From positions 1-30,367 of IMG/VR virus record IMGVR_UViG_3300005404_000020: DNA of 30,367 bases. One strand, given 5' to 3'. Shown here one piece after another: positions 1 to 9,000 of this stretch. The notes under the pieces were generated by a model. That model saw nothing but the letters and a program-made list of their open reading frames with translations. It was not told the origin of the DNA and did no database searches. Position numbers and translations under genes: made by a program. Numbering within the stretch: the first letter of the stretch is position 1; every line of letters begins with the position of its first letter. The DNA comes from a virus. Lineage: Duplodnaviria > Caudoviricetes.

Positions 1-3000
1 AAAGCATCTTGTAGTGTAGCGAATACCATTTCGCTTGATCCACTATTACATGCAGAAGTTAACTTAGCAAAGTATCTCCTCTCTGCACCCTTAACAGATT
101 GAACTGCAAGTGCCCAGTTCTGGTCACCTCTTAAGTATGTGAATGAGTTAGCAGCACCACCAGCAGCAAGTCTATCTGTTTCAATTGTACCAGATACAAT
201 ATCACCAGCAGCAATCTGGTTGGATGATAATGATACCCAGTTATTAGCATCACTAGCAGAAGTATTAACAACTCTAGTAATATCAATATTTACTGCAGGG
301 ATGTCACTACTATCAAAGAAATCAGTATCTTCTAATTTAATCTTATTAACAATATCACCATACAATCTACTTTCAATTAAAGCACTACCTTGTGCTTGTG
401 TTCCTGATCCAGCAGGTGCAGCAATGGTGACAGTTGGTTGTGTAGTATATCCTTTACCACCTTTATATCCGTTAAAGACTATAATTTCTAACGCAACAAC
501 TTCTCCATTAGCAATTACTGATTGTGCTTTACACTCAACTGATCCAGCTTGTGGTGCACCACCTGTAATAGTAACAGTTGGTGCTGCAGCATAACCAGAA
601 CCACCATCACTAATATTAAGTTGATAAACAACACCCTGTCTATATTCTGTAGCCTGTAAACGTCCTTGACTTACACTACCATCAAATATATCTCCAATAG
701 TAAATTGTAATGTTGTGTCTACAAGGAATGCTAAGAATTGACTATCTAAATCATTGTTCAAGATGAACGATGTTGATGTATCTTGTTGGATACAAATATC
801 ACCAGCAAGAGCACCTTCCAATGATAATCGTGCTGCTTGATTAGCAACAGTAAAGACTTCAAATGGTCTTAGAGCAGGAATCTGGTCAATAGAAATCTTA
901 CCAGAGTCTGTTAATTCAACCAGTGCTCTAGGAACAGCGTTAGTTGAATAAGGCTTGTTTATGTATGGACCTAAGTTATTAGTAATGTAATCTCTAACTG
1001 CTTTCTGAGTAGGTAGTTTAGAGTCAGTAGCGTTAGCACCACCCAATGTATTTGAATTATCAAATCCAGTAACAACAACATCACCACCTTTCAATTTCAA
1101 GAATTCAACTTCAGAAATTGTAACCGTACCAGTAAAGGTAATAGCACCAGTTCTGTTCTCAATTCTAGCGAATGTACCAACCTTGAAGTCTCCTAGTTCG
1201 TCAGTACCAGAAACATAAACACGACCATACTGTTGAGAAACTTGTTCAAATGCTTCTGTCTTAGTACCACCGTTCTCAGGTAGTGCAAGATAGTTTGTAC
1301 CTGATCCAGCAAATTCCCATGTATGAGATGAGGAGTTAACAATAGATGGTCTGTGTAGATTAATTGTTTCACCAACTAATGTTGATGCAGATACAGCTTG
1401 ACCTGTAGTATCGTTCTTAACATTAAGAGGATCACCTGTTCCATTATCAAGTGTTAATTGAGCAGAGAAAGGAGGACCAACTGTAACAGCACCAACAGCA
1501 TCTACAAAGAATTCAATGTCAGCATTAACATTAGAGAATCCATCAATCTTAACAACATAATGCTCTAGTGGTTCTCTACCCAATCCACCAACTGTAAGGA
1601 TAGTTCTTCCTGTAGGAGTAGAAGAAACATTAGTAATAGTACCTATGTCAAAACTATATGGTTCATCTCTAAATCCAATACCACGAAGAGCGTAGATACC
1701 AAAGTTAGTAGCAGAGTTTGTAATAGATGCATAACCACCACTCTCTGCTAAAACACCATCAGCACAGAAGATAACGAATACAGAAACTAACTGTACATAA
1801 CCATCTTCTATAATCTTATATCCAGTACCACCAAAGGATACAATCGTGAATGCAGATGCAACCATTGATTTACCCTGATTAGGGAAGGATGCAGTTCCAT
1901 CAAGTTCTAATCCAGCAAACGGACAGTTAGGTTGCTTAACCTTAGATCCATCAACTAGAGCACCGCTACCACCCAAGAATGAGATAACAGAAGAGTTCTG
2001 AGTATATGGAGATGCCTCAATGATTGGATAATCATCATAGTCAGCACGAATAGCCATGCGAACTAAATTCTGATCATAGATGTAATTATCTGGATATGAG
2101 ATAATAGAATTAGTATCATATAAAGTTCCAAATGTTTGAGTCGTTGCTCCTGGTTCTATACCACCACTAGGATTAGTTTCATATTGTAAGATACTATTCA
2201 ATAGATCCATCTCTGTTATGATGGAAGTAGCAACGTTAGCACATGCAGGTACTTGACCAGTAGTATAAACTTGAACAGAGTTTGTATCTGTTCTTACAAA
2301 TGTATGTGCAGATTGTGGAAGATGTTTAACACAATTGTTAGCAGCAGTTACAAATGTATGTGCAGATTGTGGATAGAATCCAATTGCTGTTGAAGTTGCA
2401 CTTGAGAATCTATGATTATAAGCACCACCAGATTTAACTGCTCCACCAGTTGCACTAACAAATGTATGTGCGGAACTAACACTGATAGCACCCTGTCCAC
2501 CATTTACATTAACTGTAATACCTGTACTTGTGGTTGCAACAATCTGAAGTGATTTTCCACTAACATAATCTGTTCCTTCTTTCTTAATTCCATCAGCACT
2601 TGCAGAAACAAATGTGTGAGTATCTGTGTTTGTTGGTGATGTTCCTTGTAAAGCATTAACTTCAAATGTATTTGCAGTTACATTAGAAACTGCTACGTAA
2701 GTGTTATAAAGAGGATCACCTACACGTGGATAATGACCATTATTACCATCACCATAAGTGCAACTGAATACTAATGATTGATCATCAAATTTAATCTTGT
2801 CTCCATTACTCAATCCATGTGGAGCTGTAGTTGTGATTGACATCACACCTGTAGCTGGAGTATATGTAGTTCCTGTTGTTGCAGTAAATGTTGCTTGAGC
2901 ACGTGGGTATGTACTCTGAGTTGATGTAGATGCACCAACGTTAATTGTTACTGAATCTCCATTAACGTTAGTAATCGCTATAGGAGTATTGTATGCAGGG

Positions 3001-6000
3001 TCAGTAGTTCTTGGATATGCATGGTTAGTAGCATGTCCATCTGCATCACAAGTAAATGTAAAGCATCCTTCACCAAGAGTTACAGTGTCACTAGTGGTCA
3101 TTGTATGACCAGCCATAACAAATACTAAATCTCCTGTTGCTGGAGTGTATGTTGCAGCAGTTGGACTCCAAGTATTTCCATTACTATCATCAAATCCTGT
3201 GGTACTTACAAATAAATGTTGACCAACAGCAGCACCACAGCTGAATGTCAATGAATCATCTTCTAACTTAATATGTTCTCCAACAGATAAAGTATGAGCA
3301 CCTATCTGGAGTTCTAGATCACCTGTTACTGTATTGTAAGTTGCATCACTAACGTCATGAGGTGTTACAGCACCAGCAGCACCAACATTAAATGTAAGTG
3401 TTCCTGTCTGTCTCTGTAGACCATTTAATGCAGCACTTACGAATGTATGAGATCCAGTGTATGAAGATCCACCAACATTAATGTCAAAATCATTTCCATT
3501 AACATTGCTAATTTCTAACCACTTGTTACTAGCAACATCAAAGTTTGGACGTGGGTATGTATGTCCTGCAGATGCTGCACTTACATTGATTGTAACTGAA
3601 CTTGCATCACAGTTATCAACTGGAATGATTTGATCGTATGCATAATCTTTCTTCCATGTAACACCATTTGCAGATGCACCAACAAATGCATGTGCATCAA
3701 GGTTTGTTGAAGGAACTGTTTCAAGAACCTGTACATCAAATGTATTAGCAGTTACGTTCCATATACGTAACCACTTACCACTTACTGGGTCACTAGCACG
3801 TGGATATGTTTTCTCTGCAGCAGCACCAACTGCACCACCAAATCCACAACTGAATGTTAATGAATCATCTGCAATTTTTATATAATCTCCATTCTTCCAA
3901 CCATGATTAGCAATGGTCAATGTCATCACACCAGTGACTGGTGAGTAATCTCCATCTGTTACTGTCTTCTGTTCAACAATATCTCTTGGATAACTATGTG
4001 TTGTAGCATTATCATCTGCATCACAAGTAAAGTCTAGAACATTAGCTGCTTGGAACTTAATAGCATAAGTTTGTTTTAGAGGAGGAGTTGCACTTACAAA
4101 TGTATGTGTGTCTGTATTAGTAGAAGGAGTTACATCTAAAACACGAACAGTTAATTCAGTAGAAGTTACATCATAAACTTCTAACCATCTTCCTGATACT
4201 GGATCAGATGATCTTGGATATGTCTTAGTTTGACCACCAGAAGCAGCACCAACATTAACTGTTACTGTAGTAGCAGTTTGACCTGTTATAGCAAGAGCTT
4301 GGTTATATGATGGATCTGATGAACGTGGATAATAATGAGTAGTTAAATGACTATCTGCATCACAAGTAAATGGTAATTTATCAACACCAATTGTTACTGT
4401 ATCATTACCAGCAACAAAACTATGAGCTCCAATAGTAAGTTCTAAAGCACCGTTAGAAGCATTATAAGTTGCATCAGTAACGTCAAACTGACGAGTACCT
4501 ATTGTAACTGCATTTTCTACTCTTCCACCAACATACTTGTGTACTCCACCACCATATACACAACTGAATGTTAATGAATTATCTGGAATCTTAATCCATT
4601 GTCCATTAGATAATCCATGTGCACTAGTAAATGTATATGTTAATGTACCTGTAGTTGTATTATAATCAACATCGGTTACTGCAGGAGCTGATACAGGAGC
4701 CTGATTAAAGTTGTTTGAAGAAGATTCTTGTATAACTAACTCACCAGTTAAAGGATTGTAGGTTGTACCAGCATTTGCATCTCTCAATACACTACCAGCA
4801 TTTACACCAGTATAGTAAACATTTTGAACAGATCCACCAACATAAGTGTGATTGCCAATAGCACGATCAATAGCACAATTAAATGTTAGAGAATTATCTA
4901 ATAACTTAACAAAGTCACCGTTAATGAATGGATGGTTGGTAACTGTTAATGTAATCTTACCAAGACCTGCATCATAAACAGCATTTGAAACTGTATGTTG
5001 ACTAAGACCAACACCAGTAATTTCAACTGACTTACCAAATTGTGGATCAGTTGAACGTGGATAAGAATGAATACTTTGATGATCATCCATATCACAAGTG
5101 AATGATAATCCACCAGCTCCAAGAGTGATATGCTTACCAACACCTAATCCATGTTGACCAATGGTAACAACCATATCGCCAGATACAGGATCATAAACCG
5201 CATCTGTAGGTTGGAAAGTTTTATCAGCAGGTGATGCACCAACATTAACTGTGATAGTATTAGTACCAACAGCAGTTATATTAACTGATCTTCCAGAATA
5301 TTTGTCGTGGTTAGGACGTGGATAAGTCTTGGTAGAATCATTACCATCCATTGCACATTTGAATGACAATGAATTATCATCAATAACAACACCAAATCCT
5401 GGACTCATATTATGTCCAGCACCAACTGTAAGTTCTAACTCACCAGTTGCAGGATTATATGTAGCATCAGTTGGTGTCCATTGTTGATCAGGATCAGAAG
5501 CACCTACATTAACTGTAAATGTATCTGATGTTGTACCTGTAACTGCAAGAGAATTACCATATGCAGTTTGTCCTGACTGTGGTAGGTAGTGCTCTGTAGC
5601 ATTACCATCCATATCACAAGTGAATGCAAATGATCTTGGTGATAGTCTTATACTATTACCTGTAGTAACACTATGACCAGGAACTGTCATGGTAAAGTTA
5701 CCATTGGCAGGATCGTAAGAAGCAGTTGATGGAGTTAATCTAGCACTAGGTGCAGCAGATGCAGTATCAAGTGGAATATCCCAATCTTCAAATTTAGGAA
5801 TAGGTGATGTAAGTGAAATTGGATCATATACTAAAACAGTTCCACCTGTTGCAGCACTTACAAATGAATGAGCGTTACCAGAAGCAGCTCCTGCAGCACC
5901 TACATTACAAGTAATTGTTGTAGCTCCACCAGAAGATTGAACATTAGTAATTGCAACTGATTTACCAAAGAATGGATCTGATTCTCTTGGATATGAATCT

Positions 6001-9000
6001 TGTCCACTACTACCATAATTACAACTGAATGTTAAAGAACCTGCTTTAAATGCAATCCTATCACCAGTAGTAGGCATTACAAGTGGATCTGGAATAATAA
6101 TATCCATAGCACCAGTAGATGCTGTGTATACTGCTCCTGTTGGTGTAGTCTCTACATACGAACCATTAGTCCAGTTACGTGATGCAGCAATAGCATAAGT
6201 CTTTGCTCTTTGATATGCATATGAAACTGCAGGTAGTTCTGAAACTGGAACACCAGTTAATGCATTTCCACTATAATAACTTTCTGCAGCAGAAACAATA
6301 CCATGGTTTCCACCAATAACTAAGTCTCTAAGTAACTGTTTAAGAGTATATTTTATATCCCTAGGACATTTTCTTTCTTCAACATTATCGTGTCCTAGGT
6401 TAGGGAACGCTGCTTTAGTATCTTGATATGCTTGGTCAGCAATAAGATCTGCGTTTCTTGCAATTAAGTAACCACCATCAATATATGCTGTATCAACTTC
6501 ATTTGTTATTACATCAACCCATAAGTATGATAATGTATTAATAGCATCTCTTACATTAGCACAGACAGGGTTTCCAGCAGTTGTATTGATAATCGTGGTA
6601 TCAAAATATCTGTTTACTGAAGAATACTTTGGAGTATAAACTGGATCTCCTGTAGTTCCATTTCCAGTTCTCCAATTCCTCATTGCGAGGATACATAACT
6701 GACGTGCATATTCAATAGCACGAACGTTTTGAACTATCTCATCTTCAATATAATTAATCTTATCATCAATAATATATTTCTTAGAACCTTCAATAACGTT
6801 ATGGTTTGTTCCAAATTCTAAGTCTCTTACAAGAGCATTGACGAAATGAACAACGTCTTGCTTACATTGGTTATCTCCATCATCACCTACATTAGAACCA
6901 CTTGTAGGAGCACTATATGAAGGATATGCCTTTGTTCCAGAAGCACATTGAATAAGAATATCAGCTAACTGAACCATACTGTCTTCTGTAAGTCCAGTAA
7001 TTGGTGCTGAGGTTGTTATAGTTGCAATACCAGTAACAGAGTAATCATATACAAAATCACTAACGTTGTAAGTTGATCCACCAAATTTTACTGTACCACC
7101 ACTAACATAGGTATTAACATGATCATTAGTACCTAAGTAAATTTTAAAATCATTTGCTGATACATCCCATACACGGAAGTAATCACTCTTAAATTCTTCA
7201 TTGATTCTTCCTAATACTTCATCAGCAATAAAGTCTCTGTTGTTACGTAATAAAACACATGCGTCTTGGAATCTTCTACTTACTGGTGTTGATAATGGAA
7301 ACTTGTTTGGAGAGTTTAGTAGTGATAATGTAACTACTCTAGAGTATGACTTAACAGTAGCAAATTGACCTGGATCAAAATCAGGATCAGTAATTGCAGG
7401 GTATTTTTTAGGAATTACAAATCTTCTAGAACGACCATCAGCATCGTCTAAAATTTTATAAATTCTTTGCCTACCATTTAATGCAGAAAGATCAGGAGAT
7501 GTTGTTGGAAGACCTTCAATAAAAACTTCTTGACCTTCTCTGAAATTATGAATATTACTTCTACCAACCAATTCGTTGGTGTAGAAAATAATACCACCAC
7601 TATCTTCAGACGTACCAAATTGAGATTCTTGGAATCCACCAGTTGTAATACTTGGATCACCCTGTAAAGAGAAGTCAATTCTTTGGATAGGCAATGCTGT
7701 ATCAAAATCTTCTTCTACTTCTGTAACTTCACCTTCTGCTCTAATTGATTTAAGACTTGTTGTATCAACACTTTGCTCAACAATATTTGCACCACTTATG
7801 CTTATAGCTTCTACTACTGCATTATCCCATGACTTAGCACCAAGAATAGGTACAACTTCAATTATCCAATAACCATTGGAAATTTCAAAATCATCATCAA
7901 TTGATTTTACTTGATAAAAACCAGGTGTAGTTATTGTACTATTATCAGTATCATTCAAATGAATGTATGTTCCTGGAGGAATAAGAGTATCAGGATCGGA
8001 ATCTACTCTAAACTTATTAGCTCCATCTGTTTGAGTGATATTAAGAGCAATAGGATTACCTACTGTTCCACTAACAAGATAGTTAAAACGCTCACCCTCT
8101 AGGAAAGAACCACTTGTTAAGGTGACATCTAATTTACCTGTAAGATATGCATCAGCTCCAACTGTAGTTGTAAAGTTAACATCAATAATTCTTGCTCGTG
8201 AACCAGTGTTAACACCAACAACTTCTAATCCAGTTTGAAGAGCATTTCCTCCAGTATTCTCTTGGAAATTTACTCTGAATTGATCTGGTCCAAAAACTTG
8301 GTGACCAACTGGGAATTTAACACCAGCATCTCCATTAGCTTCAGCATCAATGACAACTTTTTGCTTGTCATCAAATACCATTGCATAATCCCAAGTAGCA
8401 ACAGCATCACCAATTGAGTCAATTTGGTCACGATAAGTAACACCAATCACATAGTTCTTATCACCAAACTTAACCATGTGTTTGCCAGGATTACCTGGTC
8501 TTATGATTACCAAACGTAAGTTGTCACCAACGATTGATGCATCAGGTGGTAATGAAATTGGGTTATCTTCTACGTACTCACCACCAGAAACGATAATAGT
8601 TTCTTTAACTCCAGGAGTTTCCCATGCTAATTGTGCTGCCTTCTTAATACTTCTAACTGGGTTTACAGCAGATCTACCATCGTTAAGGTCAGAACCAATC
8701 TGTGCTGAAACGTAAATACGTCCACCAACGTCATTCGTTGCTAGATTAAGGACATATTCTGTAGTTGCAATTTTGTCTGTTCTATCGCCTAATAGAGGTG
8801 TTATAGAACGTGGATATATACCTGCTTCTCCAGTAGTATTGTATCCAAATTCTGAGGCATCATTTGCACGAAAACCAATATGTTTGAAGTTAACTTCACC
8901 GTTTAATGCTTCACCATCAACGTGTACAGGTGCAGAAGATCCAGTTTGTCCAGTGTTTAATGCTTGATATATGTTAGCACCGAACCATCTGTAGTTATCT

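Larger units (their letters stand above)
2187..6485 (-). other. Helical phycobiliprotein/globin-like domain 2 of the giant fibre; its last helix is displaced about 1300 aa by inserts
   Basis: DGGYLIARNADLIADQAYQDTKAAFPNL...RKCPRDIKYTLKQLLRDLVIGGN...YAIAASRNW (6171-6485), with closing helix PACANVATSIITEMDLLNSIL (2187-2249). Confidence 0.55.

Noticed and set aside
2294-2470. 54-nt periodic repeats as a CRISPR array or a DGR template/variable repeat
   Set aside because: They are in-frame coding repeats with only two exact copies, no cas or reverse transcriptase gene in the window, and no adenine-specific mismatch pattern.
2028-8366. Large inserts as inteins or introns
   Set aside because: No intein splice-junction or homing endonuclease motifs were seen, the frame is continuous, and the inserts consist of structural modules.
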